Assembly (NCBI GenBank): GCA_965655095.1
Contig: OZ296659.1
Span: 70,060,001-70,124,000 of the forward strand
Source of the DNA: Haplodiscus bocki
Lineage: Eukaryota
Reading direction: 5' to 3'
DNA length: 64,000 nucleotides
The notes below the pieces were generated by a model, which saw nothing but the letters and a program-made list of their open reading frames with translations, ran no database searches and had not been told where the DNA came from. The position numbers and the translations under genes were made by a program. Positions 12,801 to 24,382 of the stretch are shown here, piece by piece. The stretch's first letter is position 1. Every line of letters starts with the position of its first letter.

Positions 12801-14959
12801 ATCAAGGAATGAGCGAATTTCTCTAAATAAGCCAATCACGAGGCGAAGACAGTTTCAGTCTGCATTTGCAAGAATAACCTCCAATAACAAAAGATCCCAG
12901 ATAAAAACGTACTTACAAGTCTCCATCGGATGTCATGAAGTTGTGTGAGTGAAATATAAAAGTTTCAAGAAAACCATAACTACCATAAGTTGAGAAATGG
13001 AAACTTTCGTTGTTGCAAGCGGAGCCGACTGGTTCCTGTTTCTGTTCGAGCTGCTGAAGTTTGTTTGATGTCAAAGTTATGTTTGTTGAGTTGCAAAGAT
13101 CATATAGAAGTAAAACAATTTCCATTGCTGTATTTTGATATCTGATGAGAAAAAAACTTAACATTCTAGTAACCATTGATCGTCATTAAACTGAATCTGG
13201 TATTTGACGGCTAAATAAGCGACCTGTAGTCGACTCGGTGCCTTATACTGAAAAACACGAGTGTAATTAACTCCATTGGCTATCAACCCGTGGTGATGGG
13301 CCAGTAATTGCGCAGCTTTTTGATTAACAGTAACCAGTCGGTACTGCTTGGAGGTTTTGTAAAGCCAGGTTTATCTTCATTTCCAAAATTTCAAATGAGC
13401 TTTTTGTCTACACAGTCCAAGAACACAGTATCTGAAAAATGTACCACGATCTTTTGTGTTTATTTTTGACAACATATTGCTTTAATTTCCAAGTTTCGTA
13501 ATTCGTCGATGGAACATTTAGCCTATATTCTCTATCCATGCGTTGCGAGCCAACTGACGTTTGACATTTTTCCAAGACAAATATCAAGTGCACCACATAT
13601 ACTTTTCACATCTCCTCGCACCGTACATATGTGGACAAACACAGACAGGCCCGTTCGCATCCACATCCACCAAGTAACGACTTGTCCTTCCGTGCAAACA
13701 ATAACCATCATAATTAACTGTGCATTCGCTTCCATGATAATACATTTTATCTGCGTCACCAGTATTGGCCTCACCGCAGCTGATGTGGCATAAGATAACA
13801 ATTGAACACAATACAGAAAGTTCAAGGAATGAAACGCAAAATCTAGCAATCACAGGCAACCGATTGATTGTTGACCATTTCCACTTTCAATTGAAAAAAA
13901 AATGAAATGTACCATAATCTTTTACCCTACACCGTAAGACCCAAATATTTGTCTCGAACTTGTATAACGTAAGGTATCCGCAGCCAAGATGTTATTTTTT
14001 TGTGATCCTAAGTAGGAGGTCCAGAGTTCGAGCCACCGAAAAACCGAGAATTTTTCAAAACCACGGCTTCACATTCGGGTGCGATCCGGTTTCAAGGATT
14101 CAAATTCGAGAATCCTCGTACCCGTTGTAAACGCCTCTAAAAATAATACTACTAATTCGAGTTTTCTACGACCGGAAAAAACATGTAAGGAAATAAGCTG
14201 GCTTTGACAGCTTCAAAAAGGAAATTTTCCGATGACAAAATGAAAAATTCCATTAAGTCGAATCGACATTTTGTACCCCCGATCTAATTCCTCGCTTGCA
14301 GAGAATCCTATATAAAATGGAGATCCGTATCTCGGCTTTCAAAAACTCCCACCATTTTTTCAACGTCATTGCCCAAAGACCGAAGCCAGCAAGTGAAATT
14401 ACCAGCCAATAAAAAGCGGTAAATAAAACTCAGGAATAGTGCTTCGGTTTTGGCGTCATGATGATCATGCCGAATGAAGAAAGCGAGTGAGTTCATCAAG
14501 TCGTCCGCTACATTCACTTTATCAAGTCGTCCGCCTGCTTCATTCATTCAGCGTGATACTAAAGACTTCGCAGCCAAAAAAAACGTGAGCGCATCTTTCA
14601 CATGTCTCGGACAGATTGAATGAAATCCGGCAGAAGGGTTTGCAAGTATAAGGTAACAACGAACCAGTTAGACGCTGTTTCCTACTCATTTCAGGCAGAC
14701 ATGCTATCTTGGGTTCTTCTTGCTTCTCAGCTCCTAGACCTGTCCAAGCGAGCCACCCAGATGACTTTGAGGCAGAGGAGGATGTTTGGGCTTCTTCGTC
14801 GAACGGGTTATCAGAGGACGCCTGGCTCAACTTTGAGTAGCCAGCAAAGGTCGGCAAATTGAGAGAGATGAAGCTTCCATTTGATGACCTGCTTCCAGGC
14901 AAATTTTTCTGCGAAGAGGACAAATAACTTTGCAAGTCAGATGCTATGTTTGAGGCCAT
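6856..14959 (-). CDS. SFT2D3: Got1/Sft2-family vesicle transport protein (SFT2D3/SFT2C-like), 2 exons: complement(join(6856..7268,14665..14959)), about 235 aa, 7.4-kb intron
   Basis: Exon 1 ends MSRKQRLTG (donor G|GTTCGT). It joins in phase 1 at TTTGCAG|GT to FVILLLLGVMCFICAFMYLPMLVFKMRKFVLLFTFGS...FLFGPWNHIK...QVCALLYYVVSYIPGGATGL, typical Sft2 transmembrane motifs. 708 nt in total. Confidence 0.9.
7700..8620. repeat. Dispersed non-coding repeat with internal duplicated subunits
   Basis: 7720-7910 resembles 8030-8220, and 8195-8370 resembles 8415-8620; a related copy lies at 5690-5910. Confidence 0.65.
8890..10030 (+). repeat. Highly diverged units of the ~175-bp repeat family
   Basis: TGAGCACTCGATGGTTGCAACCCAACCAGTCTCCGAG (about 8892) matches units at 29461 and 30357; 7945-7980 matches 29303-29335 almost exactly. 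Confidence 0.5.
10737..11370 (+). mobile_element. Probable hAT transposon 5' fragment (BED zinc-finger start)
   Basis: Begins CAGGGTTGGG, a hAT-like terminus. The ORF from about 11180, MSNKDALMKYF...HVCLKCKDEKTQDLRHGYTILK, resembles a BED finger and is truncated. No right end was found. Confidence 0.45.
13584..13878 (-). pseudogene. Intronless secreted EGF-like peptide ORF, apparently damaged
   Basis: A hydrophobic leader precedes ECTVNYDGYCLHGRTSRYLVDVDANGPVCVCPHMYGARRCEKY (EGF/TGF-alpha spacing, YCLHG, CxC, Y-G-x-x-R-C). The third Cys is AGT (Ser). The nearest ATG (13878) is 1 nt out of frame, so the called ORF starts at TTG. Confidence 0.7.
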
Positions 14960-15206
14960 TGTCTATGAAAGCAGCAAGGTCGTCTCAAAAATGTTCATAT
15001 AGATTCATTGATGATTGGGGTGACTGAAATGATTCATGTAAACCTGAAATTAAGAGCAATTGCACCCTCGGCTAATCTCAATTTGCATTTGAAACATCGA
15101 CTTCTTCACGATAACTCTAACATGCATTTAGGGTAAATGACAAAGATCGGTCCTTGAAAACCGTTTTACTGAAATTTGAAAATATTATTACAACTTAGAC
15201 GTGGGT

Positions 15207-15452
15207 CCCAGTTGAGGACAAACGTATGTCTTGGAAATCTTACAGGATCCTTGCAAAATGCTGCAAGATAATTCATTCTAGCAAAATCTTGCAATAAATA
15301 CATTCTTCCGAATTGCAATTTCTTCCAAACTTCCAGAGAATAGATTTCTTGCAAGATTTTGACTGCCTGCAAGAACCTTGAAATACGTATATTGACTTGC
15401 AAAATCTTGCCAGAAGTCCATTCTTACCTGGATCTTTTTGCTCAACAAAGGG
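15207..15452. repeat. Short MITE-like element rich in (T)CTTGCAAGA motifs
   Basis: Ends CCCAGTTGAG...CTCAACAAAGGG form imperfect inverted termini, with many internal TTGCAA/CTTGCAAG units. Confidence 0.45.
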
Positions 15453-15689
15453 GCACTACTCAGACGAAATAAGTTCGATGAACAAGGGCCAATTGAATAT
15501 AAAAGTTCAATTTAAATGTCACTATGAAATCAAGCCGTAAAATTATTAACTTTTTTGTAAACACCGTGCGTACTGTAGTCAGGATTCGAGGGGAAAACAT
15601 TACGGAGCTTGTGATCAAGTATGGGCAGTAAAAACAACAGGTCTCACTGCGCTGCAAGCTGCAGAGCCTCCTTACGGGGTCTTCTAGTA

Positions 15690-16130
15690 GTAGGACAGCG
15701 TCAGTTCAGACCTTGATGAAAGAAATCAAAGCTGTAGTTTTCGAATTGGATGATATGGAATATCGAGATATACCTCAACTAAAAGCACCCTTGCCACTTC
15801 TGTCCAACTAAGAATCCAATTTCGATGTAGAGATCAAATTTCTTGCTACTTAGAATTGAATAGTCAGCCTAAATTTTCAAGCCATCTATTGACACGTTGA
15901 TGGAAGAATGGAACAGGTAGAGTTGAAAAAGTATAATGTAAATATCGAGGTACATAAAGATTAGTGATCTTTCTGAAAAATCTGCTCATTCAAGATTCCA
16001 CTGCAGGAGCCAAACTCAATGATTTACTAATCGAACAGTCCAACTCCAAGCGATAGCTTCAGATTGAGATTTCGAAGGGAGACATCAAGTCAGTAGTTAT
16101 GGCAGAAAGATACAATCGCTGTCGCAAGAG
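15690..16130 (+). repeat. About 2.5 units of the ~175-bp repeat family
   Basis: TCAGACCTTGAT...GGAATATCGAGATA...GCCACTT matches 35842-35940; GACATCAAGTCAGTAGTTATGG matches about 36543. Confidence 0.7.
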
Positions 16131-16299
16131 TTTGATGACTTGTTAGCTTGGATTTACTTGATTTGGAATGGCTCTCCTAGATTAAGAAAAACTACTCCTA
16201 GAAGCTGAAGTATCATGTTTTCTCACTCTAAGATTTTGTGATTTACAAAGATGTTTTCGGTATCAAAGCTACTGCCACAGAAAGGGGTTAGTCTTTGCT

Positions 16300-18670
16300 G
16301 CTCCTGAGCATAGTTTCCCAGTGTTGTATATCTTATGGTGCCGCCGGGACTGAATGGTATCAACCTTCATTGTGTTAGAACTTGTATAAGGAGAAGTTGC
16401 AAAATTTTAGGTAACCTCGCCAGCTATAATTATTTGCTGTCCCCAAAAACGTTACCCGTTCCTTGAAACCACAACACGGTAACAATTGGAATAATGTCGG
16501 GTCCGCGTTATTCCCTTTTCACTTGATTTGTTTCAAAACCATTGCATTTTCGACATTGGACGCGTTGAGTGTTGTGTGGTGCCAATTGGTACGCATGTTG
16601 TTGAATTTTTTACGTGTTGGTCATGTAATTCAAATTTTCTCTGAGGTTTTGATGAAGATGTCCAGGGAGAAGTCCAAAAGGTGTTGCCTTTTCGTGTCCG
16701 GTGAGTTGTTGGTAAGATGTCACACCAGTTGTAGGATGCATATTTTCATTGCAGACTCCAGTGAGTTCAACGAGGTGTTATTCCCAGTAAAACGGTTGTC
16801 GTGACGGGGAAACACGGAAAAAATGATGTGTTTGTTTTTTTTCCACAAACCTGTTTGTTACTGGTGTTCGAGTGAAAAGAAAACTTGAATAATGAAATTT
16901 CCAGGCAAGAAACTCTTTTTAATCATCAGAGGACTCTGGTTCATTGTACATAACATGAGAGCAATCTTCGCATCATCCAGTCATAGTCTTCCTGAATATT
17001 GTCAACTTTTGTACAGTGATCGATCATGACGATGATGTTCGTGTTTCCTCTTACTGTACTGAAATCAAGAAATATTAAATATTCCAATCGCTGGATATCC
17101 TTGAATCAGGTTGATTTGATTGACTTCATGAAGAAAACAGTTTGGCCAGCGGAGCGTGTTACGAGCTAGCAGTTGAGCAAAATGGCAAACTACTCAGCAT
17201 ATGGGTCAGGGGGTTGAAGGCGTTCGAAACGCATACAAGAAATTGTTGGTAAATATTACCTGCTCTCTTGTATCCCAGTGTGCGCAAAGTTCTAACAATC
17301 ATCGTGCGCAGTAAGCGGTTTCTGTTTGGTACCATCGGGGGAAGTAATGAGGCCATGGGGGTATCGTAATTCTGAGAGTTTCCATTGGCAACGGAGAATT
17401 TATTGAGGAGTTGCAAAGTCAGTTTGTCGTTTCTCTTCCACGGTAACAACTATTTGGTCCTTGCGGCACAAATGACATTCAAGATCTTCGTTGCGGGCAG
17501 CCATAATCAGGCGAATAACTTGAATTACGCTGTTAACGTCTTGATTTTTCATCAAGTGAGCAAAATTTAACATTTTCCTATATTCTGGTTTCGATAAATT
17601 TGGGTATTTTTCCGACTGTCAAGGTTTCATTGCGGGTAGGGATAGCTGAGTGGCCCGTCGATTATCCGATCTCGCAGAATGTCATGAGTCATTCGACAGC
17701 ACAGATGTTGAAGAGACACTGCTCTCATGTTGTTCAATGTAATGCGCATTGTTGGAACATGTGAGCGCTGTAAAAGCAGAGACGTTAACCAGCTGCGCCT
17801 CCTTATATCTCGTCTTATTGTTTCAATTCGGTTGCTAATGGACGTTCACGTTCAGTTTTATCTACCACGACATGGTTGATTTCTCCCTGGAGGCAAATCT
17901 TTGCTAACCAGTGCTCTGTTTGGTCAACTATTGGTATATTCGCTAGCGTTTTCTCGGATTAAGAACAGTTTTGAGTCCGTTATGGCGATTCCCTTCAGTA
18001 ATGAGCTGCTTATCAAAACGAATTCTTCAGGAGCACCCTCCCACTCATGACGAATTCGGGTCATGTTTCTGGCTACAGATTTCTCTTGCAAATGGAATAC
18101 ATTATCAAGGCCTCAAGTATTCATCGGATTTTTGATCAGTGCGGGGTCAACGGTACGCATCAGACAAGTAGAAGATTCAAAACTGTTTCAACCTTCTGAT
18201 TCCGATGTGCCAGTTTGTTCAGTTGGGGATATCACTGTAAAATGTTTGCTTTTGTACTGCAGGATGGTTTGTAGGATCACTGAGGATGTTTCTGAACAAA
18301 CAGAACTGCGATTATTTTTTGGCATTGTAGTTTCTACCGCTCTCGACTACGGAACGTATTTTGGGAGGCAAATCTGGATGTTGCAGGATTGAGTTATTTC
18401 TCCAAATTTTCCACCAGATCTCAAATGTCAGATCAAGAATGCGCGGTTCTACAGAAGAGAGGTGTACTGTTGTATTGGGTCTGATTAGTTTTTGTTTTAG
18501 GGTAGGATTTTTTCCAGCAAAGGTGGGTTCTGGTAGTCACTATGTACGTACAGCCGTGAAGGTCATCATGTGTAAGGAGCGCGCTTCAGCGTGTCCGAAA
18601 TGTCTGACTGACAAAAAAGCACAAGTAGAAAGCGACATCAATTGCTCAAAAACATCAACTTGAACTTGAG
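16300..18670 (-). mobile_element. Heavily decayed Gypsy-type pol remnant (RNase H/integrase)
   Basis: Frame-broken resemblances to the RNase H end (about 18400-18560), the integrase zinc-binding segment (NHVGR...RRDIRR, about 17750-17880) and the integrase core (YGCP...QGP, about 17450-17510). Confidence 0.45.
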
Positions 18671-19699
18671 TACCATAATCAGACAAATAAAAACATTGAG
18701 CTTTTTAAGCAAATGTGGCAGCTAGCATCCTAATGATAGCAAAGGCAGTAATTACCAAAACAAATTTTAACGAAACATTTAGTTCAAGCACAGAAAGAAG
18801 ATATGGACGAACAAGGAGGTTGGAAACATAAACCAAAAAACACACGGTTTGAAAAAAAATAACACTAGGACTGGACTTTCTCGACAAGCATTGGAATATC
18901 CACTTGTGTTTTTAAGTTTTAAGCATTGAGGTAACTAAACAAACTCGTTGATGTTAAATTTGTAGGGTCACGCACCAGATTTCCTTTTTCGGTCAAGCCA
19001 ATGGAGTGATATCAGCTATATAGCAACAAATGACTCATTTAAACTTCAGATGCCTCGTCAAAAAAACTCAGTGATCAAATAATGCATTGAAAAAAACTAC
19101 TGACGTTTTTGTTTAGCTGTTTTTGACCTAGCCCATTGGAAGCTGATGGTTTTCCAGAGATCTGCTTTACTCCTGACGGGATAATTGGTAAACTGTTATT
19201 AGTGACTCCATTATGAGCCAAAAATAGTGGGCCAACTAATTTTACGTAGGTCAATTCAAATGATCTTACTGCTTCTGCCCGACAAAATTATTGCGTTTCC
19301 AGCAAAACCCAGAGTTTTGTTAATGATTAAAAATGAAGGCTAGTTTTGGATGCAACTCTCAGTTAAAACTAAATACTATTCCACCAATCAGGGGTGGGCC
19401 AATTCCAAAAATTAACGCCTAAAACTACGACTGTAAGCTCTTTCGTACTGAAATAAATTTGTACTCAATAGAAATCATGTTTCTAACAGACTCGGGTGAT
19501 ATCACCTACGTTTTTAAAGGGGTATCCAAGACAAATTTGTCTACTGCTGAAAAAATAATCGAACTCACCATACTCAGCCAAAAACGTTAACCTGTACCTG
19601 TAGTATTAGAAAATACCAGCGATTTTCAACCTTGGTGTTTCTGGAAAACAAAATCGATCAGACGATTGCGTAAAAATTTTTCGAAAACTGGCAGTCGCT

Positions 19700-21960
19700 G
19701 AAACTCAAGAAGGACGGTTTTCCATTCTTTAAATACGAGGTACAATTTTTCATCAATGAGTTTGCAGAGAAAGTAATGAAGTTCTTTCACAAACAGCAAT
19801 TCCACTACTGATTTCTACACTTCCTGCCATTATCGACTCGTCAGGGCTCCGAAGCAAAGTACTTACGCCGAAGTATTTTTCTGAATCACTTTTATGAGAA
19901 TTTAAAACTATGTTGTGAGATCTTGATAGCGAAAATCCAGCCAGTACTTCTAGAGAAAATGAGTTTGGCTATAGAGAAAAGCTACAAGACACACTTTTGC
20001 TAAAATTCACCTCTGAGATTACGAATGCAGGGAAAATATTTCAGAATATGTTCATCGAGTAACCTTATACGCAGATAAAATCGTCTAATGAGACCTTGAT
20101 GAAAAAAGTTCCGCCGCCGGTTTTGGAGGCGGATGAGTTGGAATCTCAAGAGGAACCACTTGCGTATGCAACATTTCGAGTTCTCAGCAAATCGTTTTTC
20201 CGCTGACAGCAACGAAATTCAATGTTTCCAAGTCCAAACTTTTCAAAATTAAAAAACTGACGTCTCAATGAAGAAATGCAGCTGATATATCTAGGAAATA
20301 ATACTTCTAACACAAAGAAGCATCATATAAATACATAAATTTTGGCAATTCAGGGCTATCAAATTTTCGGAAATCGAATCTTGTTACACAAAAACGAAAT
20401 TGTTGCTTGACACATTGACGGAAGAAATCCTGACAGTTTCTTTGAGGGAAACAGCTTGAATATTAACACGAATTTGACGAAAATTCATTTTCTAGCTACT
20501 TTCGCACATCGGGTTTCCATTGAAACAAATTAAATGCATTGCTTGGCAAGAAATTAACCTTTTCCGGTTAGAAAAATGACTGATACCCTGATGGACGAAA
20601 CTCAGCCAGTAGTTTTCATTCATAAAACAGGTTTCTTTCTCAGGAAAAGTCGAAAAATTTTGCACACTAAGGCTTTCTCGATCTTCAAAGTTTCCGATTT
20701 AAAAAACGCTTCTGGAGATTTTATTAGTGAATCATTCTCTTAGATTGCAGATTTGTTGAATATTCTCTGCATATAAAAAAAACCAGCCGATTGTTTTGAA
20801 AAAATAGCATTTGATTATTAAGGTAAATCCTACGGATGAGCAATTTTAGGCACTTTCCGCCTGTCAACTTTGCTTTGCCGGGAATCAAACTTAACAATTG
20901 ACCAGCCCGAACGTTTTTACAAATAATTAAAAAATCGACTGATACATCGATGATTGAAATGCAGCCACTGGTTTTGGAGAAAGGCAGGTTTGTTTGTCTG
21001 GAAAAATCAGACAACTTCCAAATTTCGGCTACATGGGCCCATGAAAAGTTTGCAATGCAATGACAATTTCCAGGAACGTTATCATTGGATGATGATCTGT
21101 AGATAGAAATAAACTCCAAAGAAAGAATGGAGAAGGTTAATTTTTAAAGAATCGAGTCTGTTTCATTTTGAAATTAATTGAGTCTCCTTTTCGAGATGAT
21201 TCATACAAATAAGTACTTATTAACAATTTCCGCGCATCAAGTTTCAGTTCCGAAGCACATAACACAAAATTGGATAGTCGAACAGCAGTTTACAAATGGA
21301 AAAGGGCTGAGTGAGACATTGATTGAAGAAACGTGGCGCTAGTTTCGAAGAAATTAAAGTTTGAGTTGCGAGAACAGTCTTGTAAGCACTTTTTGGATAA
21401 CTCCGGCTAGTTACATCCCTGAAGGTTCCTCTCCGAGAACCAGTATCGGAAATTTTGTTGTTGAAAGATGTTTTGGAAGTAAGAAACTGTGGATTGAGTC
21501 CTTGATGGGAAGGTTAGGGCTGTTAGAAATATTAGTTTGATTATCAAGGTTGATCTTACGTCAACGCAGTTCTCGCTGATTTTGTGACAAGAAGTTTCTA
21601 TTGGAAAAGTCAATTAGATAAAATGTACTTACTGAACACCCTTTCGAAAGGTAATAATAGTTGAGTGAAGCGTTCATGGATGAAAACCAGGTTATGAAGA
21701 AACTTACGTATGAATTTCGATTCAGAAAACTACTTGTCCAATTTTTTTTCAAAAAAAGTGATGCTTGTTTCATATGCCAGCTTTCAAAACGTCAATACTT
21801 TGACAACGAGGGCCCTGCTACTGGTGAAAATCTGTCGATTGTGGCTTTCATGGAGGAAGTCCTTCCGGTTCTTTTCGAGGAAAATGACTTTGAGTATCGA
21901 CAATAAAAACCATGTTTTCAAAGTCTTGTCTGATTCTGACTATACAACGTACACATCGAT
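19700..21960 (+). repeat. Degenerate tandem array of ~175-bp units (about 13 copies)
   Basis: The anchor GA.AC.YTGATGGA.GAAAT...CCAGTAGTT recurs at about 19925, 20098, 20267, 20417, 20590, 20949, 21319, 21503, 21676 and 21849. Confidence 0.65.
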
Positions 21961-22529
21961 CTATCCTTGGAAAAATATTATTTACGTTTTTGGTGTTTAA
22001 GGAAACCTATATACAGGTACTCGAATCAATTCCAGGAAAACGGAACTAATTATATAAAATGAATATGCAAATTTTAGATAGTTGAAATTCAACAAAAGAT
22101 CCGAAATTCCGCCATTTTTTCCAACATTCGGAATAAATTCATTCGATTCATTTATGTTGAAAAAAAATTTCCAAATACAGAAAAAAAATAGCTCATTAAA
22201 AAGAAAACTAGTGTGGAACAAAATGAATCAAAAATGAACATAAGTTTCAGGAAACTTAATGAAAGCTTTTAAAAGATTTGGTGGGTTCTAAGTTGGGGCT
22301 ACTCAACTGCGGTGACACTGCATACAAATTTATTTGTAATATACTATACATATCTGTATAGGAGGCTACTAAATCTGTAACACGAAGTTTGCATGACATT
22401 CGCAAATTCTAGAAAAGGCAAAAAGCTGCACAACTGAAATGACTATTTTCCTTTTCGAAATTTTATAGACGGAAGCTAAAAAACTGAGAACATGTCAACG
22501 TGCAAGTTGTTCATCCTTCGGGCACGAAA

Positions 22530-23490
22530 GCTCCGGTAAACCATAGGAGGGTATCAGCAAGAAAATTTTTTGTCTCAGTACCGAGAAAGGAGTGAGGGAG
22601 CACCCTTTTGGTGTTTCTGGAAGTTTCTGTTGTCGAAAAACTATGCGAAACGGGGGTATCACGATTTTTCATCAAAACTTTTTGGTCTGAGTACCGAAAA
22701 ATTTTGTAAGAGGTCATTTGGCTGGACGCCAGACGACGTAGAACCTTTGTCTCCAAACTTTTTGGTGACAGTGAAAACGCCCATATCGAAGTTGCCAGAG
22801 ACCCCAAAAGCACCGAGGCGTATTGTCGAAAAGAAGAAACCCGTCGGAGTGGTCCATGGACAAACATCAAGAAAGAAGAAATGGTAGCACAAATTTTCGT
22901 CGATTTTTTGTCTCACAGAACCGAAAATTCTCGTAGAAGGGTTCTTTTGGTGTTCGTGAGTAATTATCTGTGCTTGGCATAGACTGCACTTGCACACTTT
23001 AAAATAACATGCTTGGGAAATCAATTAGGGATAAAAGTAGAAAATTCGTTGTTATCTTGAAAATAATTATAATACAAATAAAAAAGTACATACAAAAGTC
23101 AGCATTTTATTTCACGAAGCACCGACTAAAATCCGGTTGAAAATAATTTCGATAGTAAAAAAATCCTCAAAATTCTAGATCATATTAACAAAGTAAAAAG
23201 TATGGGTACATGCTGCGATTCGAACCACTACCTAGTGCCTCAGAACCCTGTTGTCCTACCCACTGTTCCATGGGAGCCATTGCAATTTCTGACAGATGTC
23301 AGTGAAACCATAAAAATATATGGCACGAGAGATTCGAACCTTTCATACTGCTTGAGAAATTTTTGTCCGAACCTCACTGCCGAGATTTATGTTAAAATAA
23401 AAAATTGGCCATAATACACTGAAAAAAAAACGACCCTACTGAATGAATAATTTTTCTTACATATTTAAAAATATGAGGCGAAAAATAATA
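22530..23490 (+). repeat. Composite dispersed repeat (GTACCGAAAA-type subunits and GATTCGAACC boxes)
   Basis: TTTTTGTCTCA..(GT)ACCGA subunits at about 22568, 22681 and 22905; GATTCGAACC at about 23217 and 23331; the 3' end AATATGAGGCGAAAAATAATAA resembles 39026-39044. Confidence 0.55.
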
Positions 23491-24382
23491 AACATTCTTG
23501 CTTTCGCTCGAACGTAGCATGAAAAATTTAAATGGCCACCATGAAATGCAGAATTGAATTTGAAAGTTTTAGACGTTCCCAAATAATAGATTCAAAAAAA
23601 TGTCACAGGGTATAATATCGAACACCTTCGGCGTTAGTGTTAAAAAGCACGAAAACGTCCCACCGATAATTTTTTCCGGAAGCCCCTTCAAATTGTTAGT
23701 TAAGACCCCAGGTGTAAACATTTTCTTGTTAAGCCATTTTTGCAAACATATTAATTCGAGAAGACTAGCATCAAAAAGTATTGAGATACCACCGAAGAAC
23801 TAAAGGGTGGGAAGACAATATTTGGCTATCGGAGCTTTGAACTCTGTCAAAATTTTTCGATCATCCAAGGCGCCCACCTAAGAGTATTTCAAGCTTTACG
23901 GGTGGTGCCAACTTGCCCGTTCGTTTTTCGTTCTCAGACCGATACTAAATGTTTCGCATCATCCTCAAGGATGAAACTTGATGTGCAATCTGAAAGCAAG
24001 CTTTTGTTTTCAAGATTCGCATCAATTCCATGTCTTCTTCTTTGCGTGCCTTGTAACGGCAATTCCATGTAACGTTTTCCAATTGAAGATGACATAATGT
24101 TTTTAAGCAATTAATTAGCAATTCTATTCCTGAACATATTAGTAACTTCACATACAGGCTCAGAGAAGACCCATAAAAACTTGAAGTTACTCGAGATATT
24201 AATTTATAAACATTTGCAAAGTTAAAGAGATTCAACATAGACATTTACAAAATAGCTTTTTCAGTAAATATTTCAAAACATTTCTGTAGCTACAAAGCTA
24301 TTATCATTGATATCAACAAACCTTTCAGCAAATTGGTTTAAAACAATTCATGAACACAACACACATGTTAAAATTTACAAGC

